Counted from the stretch's first letter, positions 7,820-17,928 are shown. The stretch: 63,853 nucleotides of DNA from a virus (IMGVR_UViG_3300035148_000271:1-63853); one strand, 5' to 3'. Translations and numbers: made by a program. The notes: generated by a model from the sequence alone, not told the origin.

Positions 7820-9834
7820 TGAACCGGTCCTTCAATCAGTTGCTGTTGAGGCGCGACAGTGGCACCCAGTACCTCGCCATTCGGCCCGCGCTGAATCTGA
7901 ATCTGCTGGCTGGGCGGCGGTTGTTGAATCGCTTGCGCCTGCATGGCCTGCATCTGCTGCTGCGCCGCCTGCTCGCGCTTGATCGTCTCCGGATCGGGGA
8001 CGATGTCGTCCGGGTCCATGTCGAGCGTGCGGGCGATTTCCCGAAGAACTGCGGCCCGTCCGCTTGGTCCCATGACCTGTGCGTCGATGGGGTTCGCTGT
8101 TGCTGCCAAGAAGGCCTGACGCCGCTCCTGCACGCCTTCCTTGATGAGCGTTGCAACGACTCCCACCGGCACGATCTGCATGTCGCCCTTGATTGTGGGA
8201 TCGGGGTCGTACTTCATCAGGTAGTCGAACGTCCGTTTCACCGCCTGACTGATTGCACTGTCTAGCGACAGGATGGCGTGCTTGATCCCTTTTGCCGCGT
8301 TCTCCATCAGCATGGACAGTCCAGAAGCTGTTCTTCCAGCGCCGGCCACCTGCGTGCTGCCGTAGATGTAGTTCGGGACTCCAGAAACCTCGTCCGCCAC
8401 CTTCTGGAAATACGTGTACACGCCGAGCAAGGCTTCCGCATTCATGCTGGGCTGGAAGAAACGAACGGCGGGTTGGCCTCCACCGGTGCGGTCACTGGTC
8501 GTCTGCCAGATTTTCCACGGGTAGATTTCGGTGATGTCCTCGTTCGGCGGCAACCTGTCGGTGGTCACCTCGACTTGCGGTCCCGAAGCGATGCTCATGT
8601 TGTTCGCCAGACTGCGAGCGGCGGCGTTACACATGATCTGCACGTCGCGCATCGTCTCGGGGAGTCCGATGCCCCAGATGCTACCGGGCACCTTGCGGAA
8701 GCTGGCGGCGCTGAAGGGACGACGGCCAAGGGCGTCGGCGTTGAGAACGGCCCGGATACAGAAGGGACCGACCAGCCAGACGTTCGCTTCGTAGTCGGTG
8801 TAGTCATCGACGCCCTTCATGCCCCAGTCCTTCAGCATTGCTCCCGATACCGGACCGTTGAACTCGATGGAGGTGATGGTGGTGGAGGTGGCGAAGAACG
8901 AAGTGTTCTTGTCGTCGAGCCAGTCCTTCTCGGAGTCGGTGGCCTCCCACTCCTTCAGGCCTCCCCTGCCGTACAAGTCCAAGGCCTGCTTGATCTGCGC
9001 GTCGTTGTACCCGGGCTGTCCGATGCACTTCTGCAACTCGGAGCGGGTCATCTTGTGGCGGCGGATCAGGTAGCCGTCGTTGATGCCCGTACTCCCGGGG
9101 GAAGGGAACATGTCGTAGGGACTGACGCGCTCGAAACGCAGCACCACCTTGGTAGTGACCTGCGGGGTCCAGTCCGGCCCCCATGTCTGCACCCGTTGCT
9201 TCTTCACCAGCGGACCGGCGATGAAGCACGTGGGATAGGTGCAGAAGTCGTTGATCAGATCGTTGCGCTCGTCGGTGAACAGGGACTCGTCCAAGTGATC
9301 CTGAATCCGGTCCTCCATCGCCTTGGCGCGGTCCATCGCCTCCTTGCGGATTTCTTCCTTGACCTGATCGTGCAACTCCATCATCCGTTGCTCGACCGCG
9401 TCCTGAAGCACCGGCATCTGCTGCGCCACCATCTGCGCTTCCTGAAACACGGTCTGGACGATTTCCATCTTCACCGATTCCGGCAGTTCCGGTTCGGTGG
9501 TGGGCCGGCAGGAGAAAGGACGGTCCGCCGACATCATCACGTCCGTGATCCACGATTCCGCCGCCCGACTCTTGATGTCGGTGAGCATCATGTAGATCGG
9601 GGTGCCGCCGGCCTTCGCTACTTCGCCGGCGATTTCCGGGTCGTAGATGCCCTTCCTCTGGCGATCACAGCGCAGCAGGCGGGTGTTGATGTCCTGCTTG
9701 GCCGTTCTCGCCTCGTTCCAGCACTGGCGGACGTAGGACGCGATGGAGAGCATGGTGATGCCCTCGGCCTTGCGTCCCTCGATAGGAGGATTCCCTTTGG
9801 TATTGGTCGGTGACCAAGTCAGTGCCGTTGCCAT
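7816..9834 (-). CDS. Portal protein (672 aa)
   Basis: Directly after terL; ERVSPYDMFP, GIGLPE, RTASGLSMLM; Gln-rich C-terminus. Confidence 0.85.
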   Translation of the reverse strand: MATALTWSPTNTKGNPPIEGRKAEGITMLSIASYVRQCWNEARTAKQDINTRLLRCDRQRKGIYDPEIAGEVAKAGGTPIYMMLTDIKSRAAESWITDVMMSADRPFSCRPTTEPELPESVKMEIVQTVFQEAQMVAQQMPVLQDAVEQRMMELHDQVKEEIRKEAMDRAKAMEDRIQDHLDESLFTDERNDLINDFCTYPTCFIAGPLVKKQRVQTWGPDWTPQVTTKVVLRFERVSPYDMFPSPGSTGINDGYLIRRHKMTRSELQKCIGQPGYNDAQIKQALDLYGRGGLKEWEATDSEKDWLDDKNTSFFATSTTITSIEFNGPVSGAMLKDWGMKGVDDYTDYEANVWLVGPFCIRAVLNADALGRRPFSAASFRKVPGSIWGIGLPETMRDVQIMCNAAARSLANNMSIASGPQVEVTTDRLPPNEDITEIYPWKIWQTTSDRTGGGQPAVRFFQPSMNAEALLGVYTYFQKVADEVSGVPNYIYGSTQVAGAGRTASGLSMLMENAAKGIKHAILSLDSAISQAVKRTFDYLMKYDPDPTIKGDMQIVPVGVVATLIKEGVQERRQAFLAATANPIDAQVMGPSGRAAVLREIARTLDMDPDDIVPDPETIKREQAAQQQMQAMQAQAIQQPPPSQQIQIQRGPNGEVLGATVAPQQQLIEGPVQ

Positions 9835-11339
9835 CAGACCCCCACCCAGCCTCTCATCGCATTGGTCTTCTTCACCTTACGGGCGACTACCGGGTTGAGG
9901 TCGCCCCGCAGTCGCATCGCGCCGTACTGGAGCGCGTCATGCACGTGAGAGAAGCGGTCCTTGGCCGGCCGGTCCTTGAATTTCGCAGGGCCGCTCGTCT
10001 TCAGCCGCTCATAGCGGTAGCCGCCGTTAAAGCCCTTGCGCAGCACCTTACAAGAAGGATCGAGTAGGAACCCGGGTTCGCCGCCCACCGCCCTTTGCAG
10101 GAAGTACGCCACGCTTTCCCGTCTCCGGATGAACTCGTTCGTCTCCCCCAACTCGCACAGGCACCCCATGTCCTTCAGTTCCTCGATGCAGGACTTCTCG
10201 TTGGTCTGCGCTCGCTGGCTGCCGGCGGGGTCACCCACGGCTTCCACCCGGAACTTGGCGTACTTGGACATCCGTAGAGGACGAACCACGGACTCATAAA
10301 ACTGCCGGATACCCATATCTTCAGACACCAGTTCGTCCAGAACCAGAATGCGCCCTCGGGCGTCCATCTGAAGGAAGGTGGCTGCTGGGGTGAGTCCGAA
10401 GTCGAAACTGACCACCACGGGTAGTCCGGGGTTGGGCTGCAAAGACTCTCTGGCCACATGGAAGCTGTCCCTCCACTCCGGGTACACGGGTTTCCCATCC
10501 AAGGTCGTGCCGTACTCCCCGAGCAGGAACACCTTGATGTAGTCGTCCGTCTTCCCTCCCACCTGCCGGAAGTAATACTGATACCCCCCGGGAAGGTTCT
10601 GGACGTTCTCGGCCATGGGGTTCGCCAGCAACTCCCCGTAGGTCGGACTCTTCTTGTTCTGGTCCCGGTAAAGACCCCCGGGCTGGTCGAAGAACCGGTA
10701 GTCCAAGGGCTTGTCCTCCACCGCCAGCCGATACCACCAGTGGTCGTCGTCCGGCGGGTTGGTGTCCATGATCACGCCCGACCAGAACGGGGTCGGGGCG
10801 TGAACATCCGTGCTGTCGAACACCTTGCCGTCGATCACCTGCCCGTGGAACTCGCGCTTGGGCGGATACCGTCCGACCCGCTGCGTCATCATCTTCAGGA
10901 CCGCTTCGTCTATCTCACTGGCCTCGTTCATCCAGCCGCCGGTGGCTTCCAAGGACCGCAGCTTGTCGACCTCCTCCGGGCGGTCCATGGCCAAGAACCA
11001 CACCTCCATATCCAAGCTGGTGTTGTCGCCCAAGTCCTTGATCTGCACCTTCCCCGAAATCGGCACGTCCCAGCGCATCTCCGTCACCGGCCCGAACCAG
11101 TCCACCCACGTCCGGATGGTCGTGCTCTTCAACTCCGGGTACGTGTTCCGGGTCACCACCCAGCGGCTCTTCCTGACGCCATCGTTGGCCGGCCTCATTG
11201 CAAGCGCCTTCAACATAATCTCCCAGCAGCAGGTACTTGACTTACCGCTGCCTACCGGACCTTTCAGCCCTCGCACAAAGCAATCATCCTTGTGGAAGTC
11301 AGCGGCCACTGGGCCGGGGGGTACATACGAAATCTGCAT
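9834..11339 (-). CDS. terL: Terminase large subunit (501 aa)
   Basis: Walker A GPVGSGKS, Walker B WMNEA, DTNPP coupling motif, RNase H-like DFGLTPA and SHVHDALQY. Confidence 0.95.
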   Translation of the reverse strand: MQISYVPPGPVAADFHKDDCFVRGLKGPVGSGKSSTCCWEIMLKALAMRPANDGVRKSRWVVTRNTYPELKSTTIRTWVDWFGPVTEMRWDVPISGKVQIKDLGDNTSLDMEVWFLAMDRPEEVDKLRSLEATGGWMNEASEIDEAVLKMMTQRVGRYPPKREFHGQVIDGKVFDSTDVHAPTPFWSGVIMDTNPPDDDHWWYRLAVEDKPLDYRFFDQPGGLYRDQNKKSPTYGELLANPMAENVQNLPGGYQYYFRQVGGKTDDYIKVFLLGEYGTTLDGKPVYPEWRDSFHVARESLQPNPGLPVVVSFDFGLTPAATFLQMDARGRILVLDELVSEDMGIRQFYESVVRPLRMSKYAKFRVEAVGDPAGSQRAQTNEKSCIEELKDMGCLCELGETNEFIRRRESVAYFLQRAVGGEPGFLLDPSCKVLRKGFNGGYRYERLKTSGPAKFKDRPAKDRFSHVHDALQYGAMRLRGDLNPVVARKVKKTNAMRGWVGV

Positions 11340-11506
11340 GGGACTCCTGTGACGCCTACCTAGCTATCCGTGGGTCCGCACGGGGGACCCACCCGGCGTG
11401 TGTGGGCAATACCATGTGCTGGTTCCAACGCCCCCGGGCCGAGCGCGGCGTGGTCCGATGGGGGGGTGCCGGGCCGGCCGGCTGTGACCGGGCTGTGGCC
11501 GGACTG

Positions 11507-12391
11507 TCACTCATCGCCCTCCCGAGCGAGCCGGGCTGGCACAGCGTCAACAGTCAGGGGCTGTGGCTCCCGCTGTGCTGGGGTGAGGGTGACGTTGAAC
11601 GTGACCGCTTGCCGGGGCGCAGCATCCGCCTGTTGCCCGTACTTCTTGGGCCGCAGGCGCTCAGCCAGCCATCTGCGCGTGTCGATCTGTAGCTTGCGGA
11701 CCTGCACTAGCTCCAGCGGAGCGCTGTCCGGCAGGCTGTCAGCCAGTGCGACCATCTCGTCGACCAGCGTGTCGGCCCGGTCATCGTGCGCGGCTGCGTA
11801 ACGCTGAGCGAAGTCAGGCCTCTGCCTCATCCAGCTATACACCGTCCAGACCGCTCTGCCTGTCGCCTGACTCCAGCTATTGAGCGACTTGCCGCTCTGT
11901 ATCCACTCGCAGAGGTGATTGGCCTCGACCTCGCTGAACGTGGACGGCCGGCCTAGCCTACCGGGCTGTCCTTGGCTGTCTTCTGGCTGTATCGGGTGCT
12001 GCCTGTAAGCGTCCCGGATCGCTCGCACGGTGTCGGACAGGGGCGGGGCGGGCGCGGTCTGCACCGCCAGTTCGCTGGCAAGGACGGCCGGGTCGGCGGC
12101 AGCCATCATGCTCAGACTGGGTGCGTCCCCGTTCCTGATCCGCTCAGCCGCGTGGATGGCGGCCTGCACAGCCTCGCGCTGTTTCTGCCGCTGTTCCCGC
12201 TGTTTGGCCCGGGTCGGCTCATCCGCTCGCTTGCTGCCCGGTCGGCGGCCGGTCGGCAGGACCGCCGCCTCCGCATCCGCACTGACCGGAATTGTCGCCT
12301 GACGGGAATTGTCACCGTCTGCGACTTCACTGTCGCTTACAGGCTGTTGCGGAACTGTTACATGGACTGTCATTTGATCTAGATCAAACAT
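11507..12391 (-). CDS. terS: Terminase small subunit-like protein with long N-terminal extension
   Basis: C-terminal HTH (SGKSL...VYSW...FAQRY) and KLQIDTRRWLAERLRPKKYG, typical of Sf6-like TerS; start uncertain. Confidence 0.8.
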   Translation of the reverse strand: MFDLDQMTVHVTVPQQPVSDSEVADGDNSRQATIPVSADAEAAVLPTGRRPGSKRADEPTRAKQREQRQKQREAVQAAIHAAERIRNGDAPSLSMMAAADPAVLASELAVQTAPAPPLSDTVRAIRDAYRQHPIQPEDSQGQPGRLGRPSTFSEVEANHLCEWIQSGKSLNSWSQATGRAVWTVYSWMRQRPDFAQRYAAAHDDRADTLVDEMVALADSLPDSAPLELVQVRKLQIDTRRWLAERLRPKKYGQQADAAPRQAVTFNVTLTPAQREPQPLTVDAVPARLAREGDE

Positions 12392-12915
12392 ATACCTTAC
12401 GGTATGCTACACTTCGATTGCAGTGCGGCAGTAAGTGAGGTTCGCCGGACTGCCCCGCTCTTTCAAAACTTGCTCCCCTCAGTGACCTGCGAGACAGGCG
12501 ACACAGAGTGCCGGCGGCCGTGAGGCGGCCCGGTGAGACGGTCGGATGCTTCAGTGAGGGATGACCCAGTGAGCGACTGGGGTCGGCCTGAGAGGGTCGG
12601 ACAGCGCTCCCTGCCCCTCCCCACTGCCCCCTGACCGAGCGACCGGAGAACGACCGGACCCTGCCAGACAGCGAGAGGATCGACAGTGCCCCCGAGAGGG
12701 AGCGCTCGTAACCCCCGGATCGAACCGGGACGCGCACCGCGCAAGACGGACGGCGGCGAGATGACACAGCACTGGCGAGGGTCACGTTAGCCCAAAACGA
12801 AGTGATGAGAAGAAACGCTCATCAGTCTCAGCGCTTGGAACACGACCGAGCACTGAGGCGGATGCGTTTCGATTGTCCGGCTTTTCCCTGTTGGATCAAC
12901 CTTTTGGGAGGACGT

Positions 12916-13122
12916 ATGGGAATGAGTCGTTCCGAGTGCTGGCGGCTGTGGGAAGCCAGCCGCAAGGCTGTGAAGCCGGCCCGCGAGTACGTGGGCATCC
13001 CGCCCGGCTACTTCCGGGCGCACGTTGCCCCGGTGGCGGTGCCGCCTCTGGTGCCGCCGGTCATGCCGCTGATGCTGGCGGCGATTGCACTGGAAGCACG
13101 CGAACACAGCCACGGATGCTGA
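12916..13122 (+). CDS. Hypothetical early protein (68 aa)
   Basis: GGAGG RBS before ATG 12916. Confidence 0.5.
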   Translation: MGMSRSECWRLWEASRKAVKPAREYVGIPPGYFRAHVAPVAVPPLVPPVMPLMLAAIALEAREHSHGC

Positions 13123-13168
13123 ACACCAGCTACAGCCCCTGCACAGCCGGGGGCTGTGACGGATGTTC
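13121..13168 (+). repeat. Early-region intergenic hairpin, copy 1 (ACAGCCC...CACAG...GGGCTGT)
   Basis: ACAGCCCC 13132-13139 pairs with GGGGCTGT 13150-13157; outer GAACA/TGTTC. Confidence 0.75.
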
Positions 13169-13195
13169 CGATTAACCCGAGAAGGAAGGTCAAGT

Positions 13196-14455
13196 ATGAG
13201 CAATCGCTCGTTCGTTGAGCTTCACCTGTCCGGGATGAAGAAGGACGATCTGGTCGAGATGGTGAAGGCGACCGGCGAAAAGCCGGGCGACTACTGCCGT
13301 CTGCCCAAAAGTCACTTTGTCCTGAAGCTGGTGAGGCATTGGGAAGAACATGGCTCCATCCCGGGGCTGAGCCTGCCCGCCATGCAGGCGGTGCCGGCGG
13401 CTGTGAGTCCGGTCGCGCCCGTCGCTTTTGAAGCGCCGGCCGCGCCGGTCACGCACGCCGGTCGCAGTGCCATGGGCTTTGAAGTCAAGCAAGTCGGGAC
13501 CGAGAAACTTGGGAAACTGTTCGGCATCACTGGACAGTACCGAGACATTGAAGTGCCGATCTTCAATGACCCGGATGCCCCGGAGTTCGACCCGATGTAT
13601 CGGTTCGACCCCAAGAAATTGGGGCACTTCGCGCGCAACCTGCCGCACGGTGTGTGGATTTTCGGGCCGGCCGGCACGGGCAAGACCGAGTTCGTCAAGA
13701 ACTTCGCCGCCAAGTGCGGACGCTCGTTCATCCGCGTCAGTCTCGACGCTGGCATCGAGCGCTACGAACTGTTGGGCGGCGAGCGCATGCGCAACGGCAG
13801 CACGGTCTATATGGACGGACTGGTGCTCAACGGCATGCGCCGGCCGGGCGCGATCATCCTGTTGGACGAGGTAACGATTGGCCGCGCGGAGCACTTGGCC
13901 GCGCTGCACGGCATCCTCGACAGCGGGATCGCCGTGATTCAGGAAACCCATGAGAAGGTCCGCAAGGCCTTCGGCGTGGACTTCTGCGTCGCGGACAACA
14001 GCAACGGCCGGGGCGACACCTCTGGCGTGTATGCCGGGATCAGGGAAATGAACTTCGCGTTCACGGATCGCTACGGGTGGTTCGAGTACTTCGACTACCT
14101 GTCCGAGGAAATGGAACGCAAGGTCCTCGTTGACCGGACCGGTTGCACGCTGCAACTGGCTGAACTGCTGGTCAAGCTGATGAAGGCCTGCCGGGCCAGC
14201 AGCGAGGCCGGCAACCTCGAAATCGCGCCGACCCTGCGGCAGGTGATGAGCCTCGCCCGCAACCTCACGTGGGGCTTCCCGCCGCGCGAGGCGTGGGAAG
14301 GCGCGGTGGTCAACCGGGCGTCGCAGGACGCACAGGAAATCCTGCAACAACTGTGGAAGGCCAATGTGTCGGATGAGGCGGTGAAAGCCGCGCTCGCCGG
14401 CAAGTCGGCGGTCGTTACGCCGGCCATGGCGGCGACCAACACCCCACCATTCTGA
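13196..14455 (+). CDS. MoxR/CbbQ/CobS-like AAA+ ATPase (419 aa)
   Basis: Walker A GPAGTGKT, Walker B ILLDE, ADNSNGRGD, NFAFTDRY; AAGGAAGG RBS before ATG 13196. Confidence 0.9.
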   Translation: MSNRSFVELHLSGMKKDDLVEMVKATGEKPGDYCRLPKSHFVLKLVRHWEEHGSIPGLSLPAMQAVPAAVSPVAPVAFEAPAAPVTHAGRSAMGFEVKQVGTEKLGKLFGITGQYRDIEVPIFNDPDAPEFDPMYRFDPKKLGHFARNLPHGVWIFGPAGTGKTEFVKNFAAKCGRSFIRVSLDAGIERYELLGGERMRNGSTVYMDGLVLNGMRRPGAIILLDEVTIGRAEHLAALHGILDSGIAVIQETHEKVRKAFGVDFCVADNSNGRGDTSGVYAGIREMNFAFTDRYGWFEYFDYLSEEMERKVLVDRTGCTLQLAELLVKLMKACRASSEAGNLEIAPTLRQVMSLARNLTWGFPPREAWEGAVVNRASQDAQEILQQLWKANVSDEAVKAALAGKSAVVTPAMAATNTPPF

Positions 14456-14541
14456 GTCGCTTCTAACAGCCGCTTGCTGCGAAGGACAGCCGGCGGCTGT
14501 TGGGCTGTGATTAACAGTCGCAACAGTTTCGCAACAGTTTC
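14455..14541 (+). repeat. Early-region hairpin copy 2, followed by tandem CGCAACAGTTT
   Basis: AACAGCCGC...GGACAGCC...GCGGCTGTT; two CGCAACAGTTT copies before the RBS. Confidence 0.6.
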
Positions 14542-14555
14542 CAAGGGGAGTTTCA

Positions 14556-16775
14556 ATGAGCAACCGAGTACAGGGTCTGCGGTTGAAGTCGGCCCTGCAC
14601 GCGCACGCCAACAAGCTGGCGACCAATCTTGGGGTTCGGGTCGCGGCCGGTGGTATCACGGTCCAGTTCTCTGGTGGCGGTGCGTTTGCAGTGTGGTCCG
14701 ACCATAACGACCCGCGCAAGGTGGTGCATGGGGTGGTGCGATACCCGACCGTCCCGGATGCGGCCATGCTGACGCGCGGCGAGGCTGACCTGTTCACTGG
14801 CTACACGCTGCACGAAGTCGGGCATATCGCGTTCACCGACAACAGCCTCAAGGCGCACAAAGCGTACTTGGGAGTCGAACAGGCACTGGTCTTCAAAATC
14901 TGGAACGGCATCGAAGACGGCCGGATGGAATCGGCAGTCGTTCGTGACGGTCGCAGTCGCGGTGCCCGCAGCGCGCTCAAGCGCTTGCTGAACAAGATGA
15001 CGCTGGACGTTCCGCCGGACTGGTCACCGACTGCGCTGAAGCATGCGCCGTTCGCACTGGCGCTGCTGAGCCGAGCCAGCCGGGGCGTGGGCAACGGGTT
15101 TGCGAACACGTTGCTGCGTCGCATCCCGGAACCGAAACGGTCCCTGTACGCGGAAGCGTATGCCCGCATGGCGGCCCTGCCGGTCGAGAAGAGCGCCGGC
15201 ACGCAAGGTTCGTGGAATGTGGCGGTGTGGTTCTACGAGGAGTGGAAGAAGCGCTTCGGCGTGAACATTCAGGGCCGGATCATCCGCCCGGACGACCGCC
15301 CGAACCCGATCACCGAGCCGCCCAAACCGGACGGTGGTCACGTCGATACGCCGCTGGAAGAGGGCGAGGACGACGATACGGTGTTCGATGACCAGTTAGA
15401 CAAGAACATCGACCCGAACGACCTGCCCGAGTCCGAAGACGATGAGCCGGCCGTGCCGCCAATCCCGAAAAACGGGGACGACGAAGGCGAGGAAGGCGAA
15501 CAGCCCGGGACACAGCCGGGCGAACAGTCCGAGGAAGACGAAGAGGGCGAGGAAGGTGACAGCCCCATCGTCGAGCCGGGCATGCCGACCGACTCCGACG
15601 AAGAGTCGGAAGAGCCGGAAGACAAGACTCTGGTACCGGGCGACGCCGGCGGCGAGCCGGATGACGAAGAGGGTGACACCTCCGAGCATCATGCGGCCAG
15701 TGGCGACGCCGAAATCCCGTTCGACGCGAAAGACAGCGACGACACAGTCAACAGTGACGCCGAGGTCAAGTCGCCCGAACCGGACCTGACCGACGTGGGC
15801 AAGCGGATCAAAGACCGGACGAAGGACAAGAAGGAGTTGCGGTCGATGGCGCCGGCGAACTTCTCCGACATGTCCAAGTGGAAGAACGCCGCCAAGCAGA
15901 TGTTTGAGCACGAAGCGGCGGACAAGACCCTGCACAGCAAGATGCTGGCGGGTGGTGCGGCCAAGGTCAAAGCGCTGATCGCCCGGCTGTTGACTGCTCC
16001 GGAACGGATCGGTTGGGATGGCGGTGCCTTCGCGGGTCGCTTCGACCGGCGGCGGTACGTGCCGGCCATGAACGGGTCCGAGGCTGTGTTCAAGCGGCGT
16101 TGGGAAACGGAAGGCTTGAACACTGCCCTGTCACTGGTCATCGACCTGTCCGGGTCGATGGGCGGCGGCGAGGGAAGCAGCCTTGGACTGGCGGTCGACG
16201 CGGCATACGCGATTGCGGATGCGGCCGAGAAAGCCCGGTGCCCGGTCGAAATCCTTGGGTTCTCGGATGTCTTCGGCGGATCACAGCCGGCGGCCCGTTT
16301 GCCTGATATGGGCGGAACGCAAGAATGGACCGGTGCCGGGTCGGGCGGCTATGCCTTGGTGGTGGCGAAGAAGTTCAACGCCAAGCTGGCGACCTGCGCC
16401 GCCAACATCGGCAAGCTGAAGTGGATCAAGACCGGCGGAACGCCGGACTATCCGTGCGTGCATACGGCGGCCATGCGGCTGAGCGCCCGGCCCGAACAGC
16501 GCAAGATTCTGATGGTGCTGACGGACGGATGCGGCTACGGCGATATGGCTGACCTGTCGCTCGCGGCCGAGGAACTGATGGGCGTCACCATCATCGGCAT
16601 CGGCATCAACATGGCTGAACCGACCGGCGCGGGTGACGAACGGTACGACTCGCTGGCCCGGTCCTACCCGGTCCTGCGGGCCTACGTGCCGAGCATCAGC
16701 GAACTGGCTGGCAAGTCGATGCAGACGCTGGAGAAACACCTGCGCGAGACGACCAAGCATCGCCGGGTGATGTAA
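14556..16775 (+). CDS. CobT-like vWA protein with HExxH N-domain and acidic linker (739 aa)
   Basis: HEVGH and NGIEDGRME; D/E-rich linker; MIDAS DLSGSM...GGTP...LTDG; partner of the upstream AAA. Confidence 0.85.
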   Translation: MSNRVQGLRLKSALHAHANKLATNLGVRVAAGGITVQFSGGGAFAVWSDHNDPRKVVHGVVRYPTVPDAAMLTRGEADLFTGYTLHEVGHIAFTDNSLKAHKAYLGVEQALVFKIWNGIEDGRMESAVVRDGRSRGARSALKRLLNKMTLDVPPDWSPTALKHAPFALALLSRASRGVGNGFANTLLRRIPEPKRSLYAEAYARMAALPVEKSAGTQGSWNVAVWFYEEWKKRFGVNIQGRIIRPDDRPNPITEPPKPDGGHVDTPLEEGEDDDTVFDDQLDKNIDPNDLPESEDDEPAVPPIPKNGDDEGEEGEQPGTQPGEQSEEDEEGEEGDSPIVEPGMPTDSDEESEEPEDKTLVPGDAGGEPDDEEGDTSEHHAASGDAEIPFDAKDSDDTVNSDAEVKSPEPDLTDVGKRIKDRTKDKKELRSMAPANFSDMSKWKNAAKQMFEHEAADKTLHSKMLAGGAAKVKALIARLLTAPERIGWDGGAFAGRFDRRRYVPAMNGSEAVFKRRWETEGLNTALSLVIDLSGSMGGGEGSSLGLAVDAAYAIADAAEKARCPVEILGFSDVFGGSQPAARLPDMGGTQEWTGAGSGGYALVVAKKFNAKLATCAANIGKLKWIKTGGTPDYPCVHTAAMRLSARPEQRKILMVLTDGCGYGDMADLSLAAEELMGVTIIGIGINMAEPTGAGDERYDSLARSYPVLRAYVPSISELAGKSMQTLEKHLRETTKHRRVM

Positions 16776-16842
16776 CAACAAGGAAATTGATCAAGCCGGC
16801 CAACGCGGGCAGGAACAACAACAAACGCTCGCGCCCGTTACG

Positions 16843-16871
16843 CGGGGGCTTCGGCCCCCGTTTCTTTTGTT
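16843..16871 (+). terminator. Rho-independent terminator
   Basis: CGGGGGC-TTCG-GCCCCCG then TTTCTTTTGTT. Confidence 0.85.
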
Positions 16872-17003
16872 GCTCAATCACAGCCCAGCTAGACGCGACA
16901 GCCGGCGTACCGGATGGCTGGCTGCCAGCGAGACACGATGATCTTGAGCGGACCACCGGCACCGGAGTCCGCGAGGGGGAGTGGCTGGGCTGTGATTGAT
17001 CAA
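16870..17003 (+). ncRNA. Structured intergenic element (hairpin copy 3 with a ~90-nt multi-helix insert)
   Basis: TCAATCACAGCCCAGCTA pairs with TGGCTGGGCTGTGATTGA; internal helices CAGCCGGC/GCTGGCTG and GCGGAC/GTCCGC. Confidence 0.5.
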
Positions 17004-17018
17004 CCGAAGGAGGGAAGT

Positions 17019-17483
17019 ATGGGCACCAGAAGTCTGACGCGCGTTATCGACCACTATCAAACCGACGACGGCAAGGATGTGCCGAGCACGCTGGTCTGCA
17101 TGTACCGGCAGTTCGATGGCTATCCGACCGGGCACGGCGCGGACCTCGCCAAGTTCCTGACCGGGATGAAGATGGTCAACGGACTAGGCGCGGGCAACCC
17201 GAAGAAGATTGCGAACGGTGCCGGCTGCTTGGCCGCGCAACTGGTCGCGCACTTCAAAGACGGGCCGGGCGGAATCTACCTGTACCCGACCGACACCAAG
17301 GATGCGGGACAGGACTACGAATACGAAATCCACGTCTCGCATGACGACAAGCTGGGGATCAACGTCCTCGACCCGACCTATGAAACGGTCGACGGCCACT
17401 ACACAGTCACCGGCAGCACGGTGCTGTTCCACGGTGGCGTGGCGGCCTTCACGAAGTTCTGCAAAGAGAAGGAGACAACATGA
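17019..17483 (+). CDS. Conserved phage hypothetical protein (154 aa; MGTRS...Y-x-x-x-DGYP family)
   Basis: AAGGAGG RBS; recognisable MGTRS/DGYP motif. Confidence 0.8.
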   Translation: MGTRSLTRVIDHYQTDDGKDVPSTLVCMYRQFDGYPTGHGADLAKFLTGMKMVNGLGAGNPKKIANGAGCLAAQLVAHFKDGPGGIYLYPTDTKDAGQDYEYEIHVSHDDKLGINVLDPTYETVDGHYTVTGSTVLFHGGVAAFTKFCKEKETT

Positions 17484-17740
17484 GGCCCGTGAACTATGAC
17501 CGCCTGCCGGCGCACATGCAGGAAGGGATGAAGCGTTACATCGAGGACCGGATCGCCCCGGGCGGATTCGCCTGTTCAGTGCTGGCGAATGACTTCATTG
17601 CCGCCGTCACGCGAGCCGACGAGACGAACGTGCAGTGCCTGCGCGACTGGGCAATGTGGCTGTTGTGGGACTGCCCGCGCGAGGCGTGGGGGTCATACGA
17701 GAAGATCGACGCATGGCTGAAAGGAGGGAACACCGGATGA
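17480..17740 (+). CDS. Hypothetical protein (86 aa)
   Basis: AAGGAG RBS, ATGA coupling. Confidence 0.75.
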   Translation: MRPVNYDRLPAHMQEGMKRYIEDRIAPGGFACSVLANDFIAAVTRADETNVQCLRDWAMWLLWDCPREAWGSYEKIDAWLKGGNTG

Positions 17741-17928
17741 GCAAAAGATACCTGTTCACCTACAAGGCCGAGTGCCTGATGAAGCCGGATCACATCAAGC
17801 ACAGCGGCATGACTGTGGAAATTGTGAGGAACACCGGCATCAAGCACGGCAGTGACTTGCTGATGGAGGTAAAAGCGGACGACGGCTGGGAAGGGTATGC
17901 CTACATGTCCGAACTGACTCCGGTCTGA
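17737..17928 (+). CDS. Hypothetical protein (63 aa)
   Basis: AAGGAGG RBS, ATGA coupling. Confidence 0.65.
   Translation: MSKRYLFTYKAECLMKPDHIKHSGMTVEIVRNTGIKHGSDLLMEVKADDGWEGYAYMSELTPV

Noticed and set aside
12801-12840. Hammerhead ribozyme (TGATGA...GAAA)
   Set aside because: Core reads GTGATGA rather than CTGATGA, stem II is absent and there is no correctly placed UH cleavage site.
13196-16775. Cobalamin biosynthesis (cobS/cobT) auxiliary metabolism
   Set aside because: No cobN or other cob genes; similarity reflects the general MoxR AAA/vWA family.
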